From Collinsella sp. (GTDB lineage: Bacteria; Actinomycetota; Coriobacteriia; Coriobacteriales; Coriobacteriaceae), in contig DXLR01000016.1 of NCBI GenBank assembly GCA_019414625.1, positions 11,159 through 75,158 of the forward strand: a DNA stretch of 64,000 nucleotides, given 5' to 3'. Below the pieces are notes generated by a model. The model searched no databases and was not told the origin of the DNA. It saw only the letters and a program-made list of their open reading frames with translations. Within the stretch, counting starts at the first letter, position 1, and every line of letters begins with the position of its first letter. Positions 40,378-51,506 of this stretch are shown here, piece after piece. A program made the position numbers and the translations under genes.

Positions 40378-41004
40378 TCAGAGCGTTTCATCGGATAGCC
40401 TCTGAAGCAAGGCTCCATACTTAAAAACATATGATAGGCAAAACGAGACAATCGCCCAAAGCACAGAAGCCACATCAACATTCACAATAATGGGTTGAAC
40501 GGACAGCCCGACCAGCATGTCTCCAACGGACTCAATAGAAAAGGGAGCAAATGAGATCATTAGCTCAAATAGCATTTTACCCAAAAGCAGCCAACCAACT
40601 GTCTTCCATCGTAAAGACTGCATGTCCGAGAAAGGAGACTCACCTCGTGACATATCCTCAAACACACGTATGAACAGTCGAAACAGAAGCGTTGCAATAG
40701 CGACCATGATCAAATTGGGCAAAAACCGCTGGATTGTTGACAGGATATCCCCGATTGAATAATCCAAAGAGACGATCCGCAAAAATATCGCCGCAAAAAT
40801 CACCAAGGTAGCAACTATATAAATATAAAATAGAACTCTAAGCAATCGGCCCGCGACTCGGCTCACGGATTTCAGGCGCCCCAGAGATTGATAGATTTTC
40901 TCCTCATCGTTCGCCATGTATCGGTTCGCCTCATTCGAAGCAGTGTCCATTTGATATCTATCCAGTTTCACCTTGATGGCACGCCATGATTGGCTGCCGG
41001 CCAT
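40378..41004 (-). CDS. DUF2975-like membrane protein (start uncertain)
   Basis: GESPFS motif, C-terminal VFKYGALLQRLSDETL; paired with XRE as is usual for this family. Confidence 0.8.
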   Translation of the reverse strand: MAGSQSWRAIKVKLDRYQMDTASNEANRYMANDEEKIYQSLGRLKSVSRVAGRLLRVLFYIYIVATLVIFAAIFLRIVSLDYSIGDILSTIQRFLPNLIMVAIATLLFRLFIRVFEDMSRGESPFSDMQSLRWKTVGWLLLGKMLFELMISFAPFSIESVGDMLVGLSVQPIIVNVDVASVLWAIVSFCLSYVFKYGALLQRLSDETL

Positions 41005-41720
41005 TAGAACCCAATCTTAAAGCAAACGTTTCCCCAACCAATTACAGAGCAATAGGTATACGAACTAGCATCGTTAGTGAAAATCATTTTGCTCCTTAGG
41101 TATCAGATTCCTTTAATTATTTTAATGGTCTCTTTCTATTATATTGCAGTTTGATGTTATTGAGCAATAGCTTTGCGGAAACAACGGTGACAACATCTGG
41201 CAAGCTGCAAGTTCACCCGGGCAATTCAGCAAGAGTTCGGGAAACTCGCATCAGCTTATCGGACAAAAGAAGCCGCTCGTCCAATGCGTATCCCCTTCAG
41301 CATGGATAACACCTCAACCTTCAACCGCGCCAAACAAGACTCGTCGCTGAAGTCCATACAGGTCGAATGCTTGGTTTCCAAGTCCTCGCGCAAGACCCCC
41401 CCCCTTCAATCGCCTCTCCCAGACCGCCAGCGTCGTCGAACGTGAATATCGAACAGAGACCGTCGCTCTCAATCCTTAACCGCCTATCAATGTACGGCTC
41501 GCCGAACCCTCTTGTTCAGCAAAACGCCTTTCCAATATCCGGAATCTCGTCACCATTGCAGTCTAGTAGCCGAAAGCTAGAGGCAATCTCAAGCTGCCGT
41601 TCCATTGATTTCATCCAAAGGCATTCGAAAATGTCGATCATGTCGGAAATCTCGGTGTAAGGGCCTGAAGCAAAGGAGCGGCCACCGCCTTAGAATCTGT
41701 AGCTGCGACAAACGGATTCG

Positions 41721-42190
41721 ATGCAAGGAAATGACTGCGATGCAGAGTGTAAACCAGATCGAGGCCCCGGCGCCGAGGGTTCGCCACGCTTCGACGACGG
41801 GATGGTGAACCTCCATGAGCTCGTGTGCGCGCTCGCCGAAGTCCTCGTCAACCAGATCGTTGACGCGGTGGTCGACCAGCTGTGCGCTGGAGGGACGAAC
41901 AGCCGCAACGGCTACCGCGAGCGGAGGCTGGAGACCTGTGCGGGCACGATCACCATGCGCATCCCAAGCTGCGGACCGGTAGCTTCTTCCCCGACGATAT
42001 TGTCGAGCGCTACCAGCGGGTTGACCGGGCGTTCGTGGCCGCGATGGCGGTGATGTACGCCACCGGCGCCAGCACCCGCAAGGTCGCCAGGGTCGCGGAG
42101 ACCTTCCCCTCGGTCGAGTCGCTCGAGCGCCTGGCCGGGGCGGTGATGTGCGACGAGGACGAGGAGTGGTCGCGTGCGCGCGGATCTCCT
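41721..42190 (+). pseudogene. IS256-family transposase remnant (frameshift and large internal deletion)
   Basis: NSRNGYRERRLET..GTI.MRIP/KLRTGSFFP...MYATGASTRKV is joined directly to the C-terminal FPSVESLERLAGA. Confidence 0.82.
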
Positions 42191-42206
42191 CCTCGAGCGG
42201 GTCGAA

Positions 42207-43540
42207 TGACCTGTGTCAAGATTTCGGACACGGAATTGAGAGGAATCATGCTGCCATAGGCATCGCGTCGGGCTTGGGATCGGGCCGCTCGAAGAAGGCG
42301 GGCTTGGGCTCGGTCCGCTCGAAGAAGTCGGCCATGGCTTCGGCCGGCACCCTGTAGCCTATCGAGGAATGCGGCCTCCGCCTGTTGTAGTACGCCTCGA
42401 TGAACTCGACGACTGCGTGCCCGGCCTCGGCCCCGGTGGCGAATCGCCTGCGGCAGCACATCTCGTTTTCCATCGTGGCGAAGAACGACTCGGCGACGGC
42501 GTTGTCGCGGCAGTTTCCCGTGCGGCCGCAGGAAGGCCGCACGTCGTTGGCGCGCGCCCATTCGGCCAGAAGCCTGCCGGCGTGCTGCGCGCCGCGGTCC
42601 GTGTGGAATATGGCGTTGCCCGCCGCGTATCCTCGCGATTTGGCGGATTCCAGCGCCGCCACCGCGATGTCGGCGGTCATGCGGCCCGACAGCGACCACC
42701 CGACCGCCATGCGCGTGCTCAGGTCGATCACGGTCGCCAGGTGCAGCCGGCCCTCGCCGGTGCGCAGGTAGGTGATGTCGCCCACGAGCCTGTAGGTGGG
42801 GACCGGGCTCGTGAAGTCGCGGCGCACCGGGTCGGGCCCGGGCTTGGCCTTGGGGTCGGGAATCGCGGTGCGCTTGCGCCGGTTTGGCGTGCGGCCGCGT
42901 ATGCCCGGCTCGCGCATCGGCTTGCGTACCCGATACAGGGTCAATCCGGAGAACTCGGCGGGCAGGGAGCACTCCGCGAACCTCGCGCCGAACCTGCGGT
43001 CCGACTCCGGCCAGACGCGCCTCACGGCCTCGCGCTCGGCCGACCAGCCCTCTTCGGGGCAGCCGTCGGAAGGCCACGAGTAGAAGCCCGGCCTGCTCAC
43101 GCAGAGGATCCTCGCCATGAGCGTGATTGGGTATTCGGCCTTCTCCGCCAGCATCAGCCGGTAGCGCGCGGCCACCCCTGCTCTCTGGCGAAGAAGGCCG
43201 CGGCTTTTTTCAAGAAGGCGTTCTCCATCTCGAGCTCGCGTATGCGCCTCCCGGCCTCGCGCAGCTCGCGGTCCTCGGCCTTGGGGTCGGGCCCGCCGGA
43301 AAGCTCGCGCCTGCGGTTCTGCACCCACTTGTTCACCGTCTTGGAATTCAGCCCGAGCTCGGCGCAGCACTCGGTGATGGGCCTGCCCGTCGAGATGATG
43401 TAGTCGGCCGTCTCGCGCCTGAACTCGCCGGTGTATTTCGCCGGCTGGTCTGCCATGGCTCGTCCTTTCGTCCGTTGCCCTGCATTCTAGGGGAAAATAG
43501 GTCCCTCTTGAACGCGTGTCCGAAAAGACGATACAGGTCA
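42207..43540 (-). mobile_element. IS3-family insertion sequence (OrfA about 43154-43456, OrfB about 42246-43175)
   Basis: 26-bp imperfect terminal IRs TGACCTGT...TTCGGACACG; OrfA ends LKKAAAFFARE with an A6G slip motif; OrfB GDITY...HTDRG...DNAVAESFF; no target duplication. Confidence 0.9.
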
Positions 43541-43662
43541 TAGTCGATACCGTGCTCCATCGCAAAGAAGAACAGCCAGACCGCGGCACCTGCGAACGCA
43601 CCGGTCACGGCAACGCTACCTAAAAACAGCGCGCGGTTTGTGGGCTTGGCAAGGCTATCCAT
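43541..43662 (-). pseudogene. 5' fragment of a membrane-protein gene (possibly a ClC-type channel) truncated by IS3
   Basis: GGAGG RBS; MDSLAKPTNRALFLGSVAVTGAFAGAAVWLFFFAMEHGIDY runs into the IS end. Confidence 0.6.
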
Positions 43663-43787
43663 CGGGTCCTCCCGCGGTCAAAGTCGACATTGATACGTTT
43701 TATTGTAGAGCGAGCGTTGCCCGGACGAGCCAACCATCTGCGCCGCAAACGGCACCATTGGGAGTCGTAGTGGGGCAGGCTCAAGAC

Positions 43788-44321
43788 TTATCCGTTGATG
43801 ATCGAGGCGATCTCGCGCAAATCGTCGGCAAAGTAGATGCCGTGCTGGCGCTGCGGACTCGATAAGCCCTTATCGATCATATGCCCGAGCAGCGCCTTGA
43901 GGTCGTTGTAGTAACCGTCCAGGTTATACAGGATGCACGGAGCACTCAGGTGCCCCAACGATACCGCAGACATGACCTCGGCAATCTCCTCGAGCGTGCC
44001 CGTCCCGCCGGGAAAGGCGATGAATGCATCGCCGAGCTCGATCATCTTGGCCTTGCGCTCGGCCATATCGCTCGTCACGATAAGGTCGTCGATGCCGTCG
44101 TGCTGATACTCCGCCTCGATAAAAAAGCTCGGCTCCACGCCCGTCACGTGTCCACCTGCCTCGAGCACGCTATCGGCGAGCGCGCCCATCAGGCCCGACT
44201 TGGATCCGCCGTATACCAGCGCGTGGCCACTGGAGCCAATCCAGTCGCCCAGCTCCTGCACCGCGGGCAGAAACGCCGGGTCGTTGCCGACGTTCGCGCC
44301 CAGGTACACGGTGATGTTCAT
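43788..44321 (-). CDS. LOG-family (TIGR00730) nucleotide-binding protein
   Basis: LVYGGSKSGLMG, ERKAKM, PGGTGTLEE. Confidence 0.9.
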   Translation of the reverse strand: MNITVYLGANVGNDPAFLPAVQELGDWIGSSGHALVYGGSKSGLMGALADSVLEAGGHVTGVEPSFFIEAEYQHDGIDDLIVTSDMAERKAKMIELGDAFIAFPGGTGTLEEIAEVMSAVSLGHLSAPCILYNLDGYYNDLKALLGHMIDKGLSSPQRQHGIYFADDLREIASIING

Positions 44322-44354
44322 ATTTGCCCCCTGTTGTGGCGCGCGACGTTCGTC

Positions 44355-44780
44355 TTAGCGCTGGCGTCGACGATACTCGCGCACGCGACGCGAAAGATCG
44401 GCAAGCTCGTCGCGATCGAGCTCTTCCAAATGCTCCAGATCGTCCATAAAGCGCGCCATGGTGTCCTTTTGGCGCAGCTTGATGAGCGTATTGCAGTAGT
44501 TCACCGCCACACCCGTGAGCATGGCAATGTAGAAGATGCTGATGACGCTCAGGACGACGGTAATAGCACGGGCGACCGGCGTTTCGGCCGGGATATCGCC
44601 AAAGCCGATGGTCGAGACGGTCTCAAAGCTAAACCAGAGGCCATCGCCAAACGTAAGGGTCGTGGGCTCGGACAGCCAGACAGCCGTCGAGCACAGCAGA
44701 TAGAAGATGAGGAACAGGCCCGTGATACGCACGAAACCGGCCTGGCGCAAAACATCAGCAAGCGTCCTGAGCTTTTTCAT
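44355..44780 (-). CDS. Two-TM potassium channel family protein
   Basis: LWFSFETVSTIGFGD pore signature. Confidence 0.85.
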   Translation of the reverse strand: MKKLRTLADVLRQAGFVRITGLFLIFYLLCSTAVWLSEPTTLTFGDGLWFSFETVSTIGFGDIPAETPVARAITVVLSVISIFYIAMLTGVAVNYCNTLIKLRQKDTMARFMDDLEHLEELDRDELADLSRRVREYRRRQR

Positions 44781-44849
44781 CGCGACCCCTTTTCTCAGAC
44801 GTCCAATCACATTCGCTCGGTATTGTCCCACGCCTCTCCCGCAAACGAA

Positions 44850-44933
44850 ACTAGTCATTGGGGACGTTCTTAAATGACTAGTCAAACAAGAACGTCCCCA
44901 ATGACTAGTCGTTTAAGAACGTCCCCAATGACT
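44850..44933. repeat. Palindrome family B cluster (three overlapping copies)
   Basis: actagtcattggggacgttcttaaatgactagt, followed by two inverted aagaacgtccccaatgacta copies. Confidence 0.88.
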
Positions 44934-44997
44934 ACCAGCTGCCGCCTGGGCAGGCTGGGCTGGTATCCTTATGTGGTAATGTCTCGATTCGTTAGGA

Positions 44998-47808
44998 TTG
45001 CATGTGAGAGCTGCCACTGTCCTTCGTTCAGTTATATGTCGCGCCCTGGCCATTGTGCTCGCCGCGCTTGCCGTGCTGAGTTCTATCGCGCCTGTCCAGG
45101 CTTTTGCCGCTGACTCTAGCCAGCCAGTCAAGACGGTCCGCGTTGGTTGGCTCGTCAACAACGAGGGCTTCCAGGACGGCACCCCCGGCGAGCGTCTATC
45201 GGGATGGGGTTACGAGTACCTCCAGACCCTGTCGTACTACACGCCCGGCTGGCGGTACGAATACGTCTCCGGCACCTTCACCGAGCTTATGGACATGCTC
45301 GAGGCAGGCGAAATCGACCTCATGCCCAACATCTCCTACTCCGAGGAACGCACCCAAAAGCTGCTCTTTTCCTCGAACCCCGAGGGCACCGAGCGCTACT
45401 ACATCTACGCCAAGCCCGATCGCGACGACCTGGCCAAGGGTGACCCCCAAGCGCTCCAGGGCCTTACCATCGGTTGCAACTCCGGTGTTATGCAAACCTT
45501 CGTTGGCCAGCAGTGGCTCGCCAACGAAGGAATCACCTGCACATACAGGGAGTATGACGGAGGCTCCATGCTCTTTGACGCACTCGCAAACGACGAAGTC
45601 GACGCCGTCATCATGAACGACACCATCTCGTCGCCCGATGCGTCGCCCATGTTCTACGTTGGCTCGAGTGACTACTATTTTGCCGTCCCCAAAAGCCGCC
45701 CCGACCTGATGAACGATATCAATGCCGCCATGACGGCAATCGCCCGCGTCAACCCACGTTATAACGACGAGGTCAAGGCGAATTACTCGGCCCAAAACAG
45801 CGGCTCATCATCGCTCACCGGCCCCGAGCGCTCCTGGCTCAAAGCAAACGACAACACCATCACGATCGGCTATCTTAAAAACAAACTCCCCTACTGCACG
45901 CAAAATGACGACGGCGAAATGGAAGGGTCGCTCGCCTCGCTTGCAACGACGTTGCACGACAAGTTTGGCATTACGGTTGCAACAGTAGCGTTCTCGAACA
46001 ACGAGCAAATGACCAAAGCCCTTTCCACAGGGACCATCGATGTCGCCCTACCGTTGTTTCGCGACTACTGGCTTGCCGAGCAGGCAGGGGTCATCCTGTC
46101 AAACCCGATGGGAACGGTTTCCCTAGCCGCCATTCACAGCAGCAGCAACCTGAACAGTGACCTTAAGAACATCGCTTGCACAGCAGACGCGATCGTCAAC
46201 CGTTTTGAGCTCGAAAACCTATTCCCCGACGCAAAGGTAACCGAGTATCCGAATGACAACGAGGCACGCGAAGCCCTCAATAAGGGGGAGGCAAGTTGCA
46301 TCATTGTCCCCAGCACGCGCTTGAAAACCATCCGCGACACCTACGATATCGAGGATTTCCAAACACAGGAGCTCACCGACACGGCACAGCTATCGTGTTT
46401 GATTTCGCGCGGCAAGCCCGTGCTGTTGGGAATCATTAATAAGGGCATCGTCAATGCTGGCGAATCGCTCTCTGCAAGCAGTTATTCCCCCACATCGTAC
46501 TCGGCGCAAGAATCGGATGCGTTTCGACTTCTCTACCGCAACCGCATCGTCATTGCGGCAGTCGTCATCTGCATTTTGCTCACCGGCATCGTCATCCTTG
46601 TCTGGTCGCTTCACCGCGCGCAGAAAGAACAGCAGAAAGCCGATGCCGCCAACGCCGCTAAGACGGCATTCCTCACGCGCATGAGCCACGACATCCGTAC
46701 GCCACTCAACGGCATCCTGGGTCTTATCGAAATTGAGGAATTGAAAGACGGCGACATGCAGGCCGCCCGCGAAAGCCGCGCCAAGGCGCGTGTTGCCGCC
46801 AATCACCTACTCTCGCTGATCAACGACATCCTCGAGATGGGCAAAATCGAAGACCGCAAGCTAACTCTGGAACATGCGCCTTTTAACCTCAAAGAGCTCT
46901 GTGACGATACGCTGGTGCTGTGCAAGCTCCGCGCATCCGATAACGGCATCACAATGCAGGACAATAGTCTGCCGTACGCCACGGGGCCATACATGATCGG
47001 CAGTCCCACCCATATCCGACAGATCATAATCAACCTGTTAGACAACAGCATTAAGTACAACAAGCGCGGCGGCTCCGTCACCTTTAGTTCAAAGACCAAG
47101 CCACTCGATGATGGGCGCGCGCTCTTTTGCTTTAGCGTTTCGGATACCGGCATTGGCATGGCTCCCGAGTTTTTAAAGCATATCTATGAACCGTTTGCCC
47201 AAGAAGGTGACGATGCGCGCAGCAAGTTCCAAGGAACCGGCATGGGCATGCCAATCGTCAAGTCGCTTATTGAACTGATGGGCGGTACGATTGAGATTTC
47301 GAGTGAGGTTGGCGTGGGGAGTACGTTCAACGTCCAGATTCCGCTCGATATCGACAAGAACCCTCAGGCGCGGGCAGATACGGTCGAGGGGGTGCTCGAC
47401 TGCTCGCTCGCCGACATGAACGTGTTGCTCGCCGAAGACAACGAATTGAATGCCGAGATTGCCCAGACGCTGCTCGAAAGCGAAGGCATTGTCGTAACTC
47501 GCGCCGCCGATGGCAACGAAGCGGTCGACCTATACGTTGGCCGTCCCGCCGGCAGCTTCGATGCGATTCTGATGGACATCATGATGCCGGGCATGGACGG
47601 CTATGAGGCAACCCGCGCGATTCGTCTGAGCGAGAAGGTCGATGCAGCCGATATCCCCATCATCGCGCTCACCGCCAACGCCTTTGCCGAGGACGCCAAG
47701 GCGGCACACGATGCCGGCATGAACGCCCATCTGTCCAAACCGCTCGACTTTAACAAGCTCAAAAACATACTCGCCCGCATCAAGAAAAACGGATCCGTTT
47801 CGCTATAG
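44998..47808 (+). CDS. Hybrid sensor histidine kinase/response regulator with substrate-binding-protein-like sensor domains
   Basis: MSHDIRTPLN, NLLDNSIKY, DTGIGM, GTGMG, REC ILMDIMMP. Confidence 0.93.
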   Translation: MHVRAATVLRSVICRALAIVLAALAVLSSIAPVQAFAADSSQPVKTVRVGWLVNNEGFQDGTPGERLSGWGYEYLQTLSYYTPGWRYEYVSGTFTELMDMLEAGEIDLMPNISYSEERTQKLLFSSNPEGTERYYIYAKPDRDDLAKGDPQALQGLTIGCNSGVMQTFVGQQWLANEGITCTYREYDGGSMLFDALANDEVDAVIMNDTISSPDASPMFYVGSSDYYFAVPKSRPDLMNDINAAMTAIARVNPRYNDEVKANYSAQNSGSSSLTGPERSWLKANDNTITIGYLKNKLPYCTQNDDGEMEGSLASLATTLHDKFGITVATVAFSNNEQMTKALSTGTIDVALPLFRDYWLAEQAGVILSNPMGTVSLAAIHSSSNLNSDLKNIACTADAIVNRFELENLFPDAKVTEYPNDNEAREALNKGEASCIIVPSTRLKTIRDTYDIEDFQTQELTDTAQLSCLISRGKPVLLGIINKGIVNAGESLSASSYSPTSYSAQESDAFRLLYRNRIVIAAVVICILLTGIVILVWSLHRAQKEQQKADAANAAKTAFLTRMSHDIRTPLNGILGLIEIEELKDGDMQAARESRAKARVAANHLLSLINDILEMGKIEDRKLTLEHAPFNLKELCDDTLVLCKLRASDNGITMQDNSLPYATGPYMIGSPTHIRQIIINLLDNSIKYNKRGGSVTFSSKTKPLDDGRALFCFSVSDTGIGMAPEFLKHIYEPFAQEGDDARSKFQGTGMGMPIVKSLIELMGGTIEISSEVGVGSTFNVQIPLDIDKNPQARADTVEGVLDCSLADMNVLLAEDNELNAEIAQTLLESEGIVVTRAADGNEAVDLYVGRPAGSFDAILMDIMMPGMDGYEATRAIRLSEKVDAADIPIIALTANAFAEDAKAAHDAGMNAHLSKPLDFNKLKNILARIKKNGSVSL

Positions 47809-47850
47809 TTTGTGCTCAACCACCACGCACGACCAGAAAGGAAACCAACG

Positions 47851-48330
47851 ATGTTTAGGCCCTTACGTCGAAAGAAACGCGCCATCACTGACGAGGAAGC
47901 GCGCGAACTGCTCGCTACCTGCAAGCGCGGCGTCTTTGCCGTCAACGGCGACGATGGCTACCCGTACGCCATTCCCGTCAACTACTTCTTTGACGACGAG
48001 CACGACAAGATTTATTTCCATGGCGCCAAGGCTGGCCACAAGGTCGACGCACTCAAGCGCGATGACAAGGTCTGCTTTACCGTTTACGGCAACGAGTGGT
48101 ACCAGGACGGTGACTGGGCTCCCTACGTTATGAGTACCGTGGTCTTTGGCCGTTGTCGCCTGGCGAATGACACCCCCGCGTTTATCGAGGACAAAGTCCA
48201 CCAGCTCGCGCTTAAGTACTACCCTTCTGCCGAGGAAGTCGAAGAGGAAATCGCCAAAGACATCAAGGGCGTCCAGCTCTACGAGATTACGATTGAGCAT
48301 CTTTGCGGCAAGCAGATTCAAGAAAAGTAA
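47851..48330 (+). CDS. Pyridoxamine 5'-phosphate oxidase-like (NimA-like) protein
   Basis: GYPYAIPVNY, IYFHGAKAGHK, VCFTV. Confidence 0.85.
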   Translation: MFRPLRRKKRAITDEEARELLATCKRGVFAVNGDDGYPYAIPVNYFFDDEHDKIYFHGAKAGHKVDALKRDDKVCFTVYGNEWYQDGDWAPYVMSTVVFGRCRLANDTPAFIEDKVHQLALKYYPSAEEVEEEIAKDIKGVQLYEITIEHLCGKQIQEK

Positions 48331-48424
48331 GCCTCTCAGCAGGTCTGCGCCCAATTGCTACAGATGCTTTACCATGTGGGGCCTTCTAGCCAACTTGGCA
48401 GAAGGCCCCGCATGCAGCGCACAC

Positions 48425-49639
48425 TTACCGTGCATTAAAAACGTAGCGGTCCAGGCGGTCGCACGCTTCCCTCACGCGCGAAAGCGGCAGTGCTAGATTC
48501 ACGCGAATGTGGCAAGGTCCATGGAACGGACGGCCGTCCTGATACCCCACGCCCACGCGCGCGCCCTCATCGAGCAGCCACTGAATATCGCGCCCATGCA
48601 CGCGGCACCACTCCGTGCAGTCCAGGAACACCATATAGGTGCCCTGCGGGCGCGAATAGGACACACCCTCAAAATGCTCGTCCACGTAATCGCAGAAGTA
48701 GTCAATGTTGCCCTCGATGACCTCGTTGAGTTCATCGAGCCACTCGTAGCCCTGCGGCTGGTAGGCGCCGATAAGCGCATGCATCGAAAGGACATTCATC
48801 TCGTTGTAGTGGGTCTTATTGGACACGGCGCACACGCGATCGCGCAGCGTCTCGTTATAGATGATGTGGTAGCTTCCGACCAGGCCCGCCAGGTTAAACG
48901 TCTTGCTCGGCGCATAGAGGGCGACCGTGCGCATGCGGGCATCCTCGCTCACCGACTGCGTCGGGATATGCTTGTGGCCGGGCAAGATAATGTCGGACCA
49001 GATCTCGTCCGAGATCACCACGCAATCGTGCTGGCGATAGATGTCCATGGCGCGCTCAATCTCATCGTGCTCCCATACGCGGCCGCAGGGGTTATGTGGC
49101 GAGCAGAACACCGCGGCATGGACGTGGTTTTGGGTGAGTTTGCGTTCCATGTCCTCAAAGTCCATGCGCCACACGCCCCGGTCGTCGAGCTTAAGCGGGC
49201 TGTGGACAATGCGATAGCCCGCGGCTTCGATGGACTTGGTAAAGCCGATGTAGGTAGGGCTGTGGACCAGCACCGCATCGCCCGGCTGGACATACGCCCG
49301 CAGGGTCGACACGACACCGCCCAGCACGCCGTTCTCGTAGCCGATATGCTCCGGGAGCAGGCCCTCGACGCCATTACGGCGGCTCTGCCATTCGATGATG
49401 CGGTCGAAGTACTCGTCGCGCGGATCGAAATAGCCAAACATGGGATGCTGGGCGCGCTGAATGATGTGCTCCTGGACCGTGGGCACCGTGGCAAAGTTCA
49501 TGTCCGCCACCCACATGGGGATGCGGTCGAAGCCCTCGTCGGGCGCGTTCGGAGCCATACCTGGGATCTCATCCCAGGAGTCAACGGCGATGGAGTCCAT
49601 GCCGTGGCGGTCGATAAGCGAGCTAAAGTCGTATTTCAT
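48425..49639 (-). CDS. MalY/PatB cystathionine beta-lyase-type PLP enzyme
   Basis: PMWVADMNF, CSPHNPCGRVW, SDEIW, APSKTFNLAG. Confidence 0.92.
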   Translation of the reverse strand: MKYDFSSLIDRHGMDSIAVDSWDEIPGMAPNAPDEGFDRIPMWVADMNFATVPTVQEHIIQRAQHPMFGYFDPRDEYFDRIIEWQSRRNGVEGLLPEHIGYENGVLGGVVSTLRAYVQPGDAVLVHSPTYIGFTKSIEAAGYRIVHSPLKLDDRGVWRMDFEDMERKLTQNHVHAAVFCSPHNPCGRVWEHDEIERAMDIYRQHDCVVISDEIWSDIILPGHKHIPTQSVSEDARMRTVALYAPSKTFNLAGLVGSYHIIYNETLRDRVCAVSNKTHYNEMNVLSMHALIGAYQPQGYEWLDELNEVIEGNIDYFCDYVDEHFEGVSYSRPQGTYMVFLDCTEWCRVHGRDIQWLLDEGARVGVGYQDGRPFHGPCHIRVNLALPLSRVREACDRLDRYVFNAR

Positions 49640-49751
49640 GCTGAGCTCCCGTGCAAAGCAGATTGTTTTGGTAGGCGTTATTTTCCACCAGCGTGGGCGG
49701 TTTTGGCATGGGGTTTGCTGTTGAATTTGGCGAGCGCCGGCGAATGTCTGG

Positions 49752-50498
49752 CTAGTCCCGCGCGTCGTTGACGGCGGTTACCGTCAACTTGGATCCGTCA
49801 ACCGTAAAGGATATGTCGAGCCCGGCGTAGGCCAGATGGTAGACGCGGTTTGGCTCGTGTTTGCTACCCGCGCGGCGCGGATCTTGGCGAAGAACCTCAA
49901 CCAAGTCAGGAAGTTTTGTAGGCGGGACCATATCCTGCAGCGCTTGCGGGAACTCGACGTCGAGCTCTTGCCACGGAGCATCCTCGATCCAGCCGCCGGT
50001 CGCATCCGGATGACAGTCCGCAAACGGAATGTAGGGCTTGATGTCGTAGACGGGCGTGCCGTCGCGCAGATCGGCTCCCAGCACATGGATGATGGGGCCG
50101 TCGTCGGTAAGCTCCACGCAATCGAGCTTGACGCAGGTAAGACCGATGGGATTGGGGCGAAACGGGCTGCGTGTGGCAAATACGCCCACGCGCTCGACTC
50201 CACCCAAGCGCGGCGGACGCACGGTCTTCGACCACTTGGCGTTGGTGCCGGATTTGTCCTGCGTCTTGGCATCGGTGGCGATGTCTTCCGCCGTGCCGCC
50301 GGGCGTTCCGTTTTCAAAGCGCCAGAGCAGCCATAGATGAGAGAAGGAGTCCAGGCCCTCAACTGCTGCGTTGGAGGCAAATTCCGGCTCAAAAACGATG
50401 CGTCCCTGCAGATGGGGCGCCAAAAAGCTGTTGCGCGGGATGCCGAACTTCTGCGGCAGGTCGGTATGTATGTGTGCGATAGGTTCCATGCCGGTCAT
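49752..50498 (-). CDS. tsaA: tRNA m6t6A37 methyltransferase TrmO
   Basis: KFGIPR, TVRPPRLGG..GVFATRSPFRPNPIG, DGTPVYDIKPY. Confidence 0.9.
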   Translation of the reverse strand: MTGMEPIAHIHTDLPQKFGIPRNSFLAPHLQGRIVFEPEFASNAAVEGLDSFSHLWLLWRFENGTPGGTAEDIATDAKTQDKSGTNAKWSKTVRPPRLGGVERVGVFATRSPFRPNPIGLTCVKLDCVELTDDGPIIHVLGADLRDGTPVYDIKPYIPFADCHPDATGGWIEDAPWQELDVEFPQALQDMVPPTKLPDLVEVLRQDPRRAGSKHEPNRVYHLAYAGLDISFTVDGSKLTVTAVNDARD

Positions 50499-50627
50499 TG
50501 TACGGCACGGGCGAGGGCAGCAGGCCGCGATTGCCTGTCATCGCCATCTGCATGCAACTAACGGTTGCTTGGAAGGGCGTCGGCCGCCGCATATGCTTAA
50601 CCCAACAAACAGCAGAAAGGAGCCGTT

Positions 50628-51455
50628 ATGGCCTTTGCAGAAAAACTCATCGCCGTCCGTCGCGCCAACAACCTTACCCAAGAGCAGCTCGCCGCCAAGC
50701 TCTACGTCACGCGCCAAGCCGTGAGCCGCTGGGAGCGCGACGAAGTCACCCCGGGCATCGACATGATGAAGCTTATCGCCGCCGTAACCGGAGAGCCGCT
50801 GTCCCACCTGCTCGAAATGCCCGAGCACTATTGCCAGAGCTGCGGCATGGTGCTCACACCCGACGACTGCGGCACCGATGCCGCGGGCGCCACGACCGAC
50901 CATTACTGCAAGTGGTGCTACGACCACGGCGAGTACACCTACGAAACCACGATGGAGGCAATGATCGAGGATTGTGCCCCGCGGCTGGCACAAAACACCG
51001 GCATGTCGCTCGACGAAGCCGTCTCGCTCATGGGTGCCGTGCTGCCGCAACTAGAGCGCTGGCGCACTGTGCAGGAAAACGAGAAGCGCTACGGTGCCGA
51101 GGCCCGGGCGCGCTATGGCGATGAGGCAATCGATGCGGCAAACGAGGCGTTACTGGACATGGATCCTCAGACATGGAATGACATGAAAGAACTTGAACGC
51201 GCGATTTTGGGCCAGCTCTCGATTGCCATGGACGACGGCGATCCAAAGAGCATCGAGGCCCAAAAACTTGTTGCGATGCATCGTCGTTGGATTAGCCTCA
51301 ACTGGGGACGCGAGCCCCAAGACGAAGCGTACCTAGGCCTCGCCCACGGCTACCTTGCCGATCAGCGCTTTGTTGACTACTACGACAAGCCCTGCGGCAC
51401 CGGGGCCACGGCGTTTTTGGTTCAGGTTATCGAGTCGTCGCTAATTCGCGCATAG
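50628..51455 (+). CDS. XRE-HTH plus Zn-ribbon plus TipAS-domain regulator
   Basis: LTQEQLA..VTRQAVSRWE; YCQSCGM...YCKWCY; YLADQRFVDYYD. Confidence 0.85.
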   Translation: MAFAEKLIAVRRANNLTQEQLAAKLYVTRQAVSRWERDEVTPGIDMMKLIAAVTGEPLSHLLEMPEHYCQSCGMVLTPDDCGTDAAGATTDHYCKWCYDHGEYTYETTMEAMIEDCAPRLAQNTGMSLDEAVSLMGAVLPQLERWRTVQENEKRYGAEARARYGDEAIDAANEALLDMDPQTWNDMKELERAILGQLSIAMDDGDPKSIEAQKLVAMHRRWISLNWGREPQDEAYLGLAHGYLADQRFVDYYDKPCGTGATAFLVQVIESSLIRA

Positions 51456-51506
51456 ACCGCGGCGGCTTTGGGTATCTCAATCGAAACCTCAACCGATTGG
51501 AGACCT

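Larger units (their letters stand above)
26612..43540. mobile_element. Decayed genomic island (ICE/IME remnant) carrying a RiPP cluster; boundaries approximate
   Basis: Visibly lower GC in the core, xis/pemK/sigma-r4 remnants at left, IS256 and IS3 at right; no integrase found. Confidence 0.65.

Noticed and set aside
40088..41004. XRE/DUF2975 pair as regulator of the lanthipeptide cluster
   Set aside because: This is a common self-contained gene pair 3 kb away, with no sequence evidence linking it to lanKC
42246..43601. 451-aa single transposase ORF
   Set aside because: It extends beyond the IS terminal repeat; the IS3 OrfA/OrfB organisation explains the region
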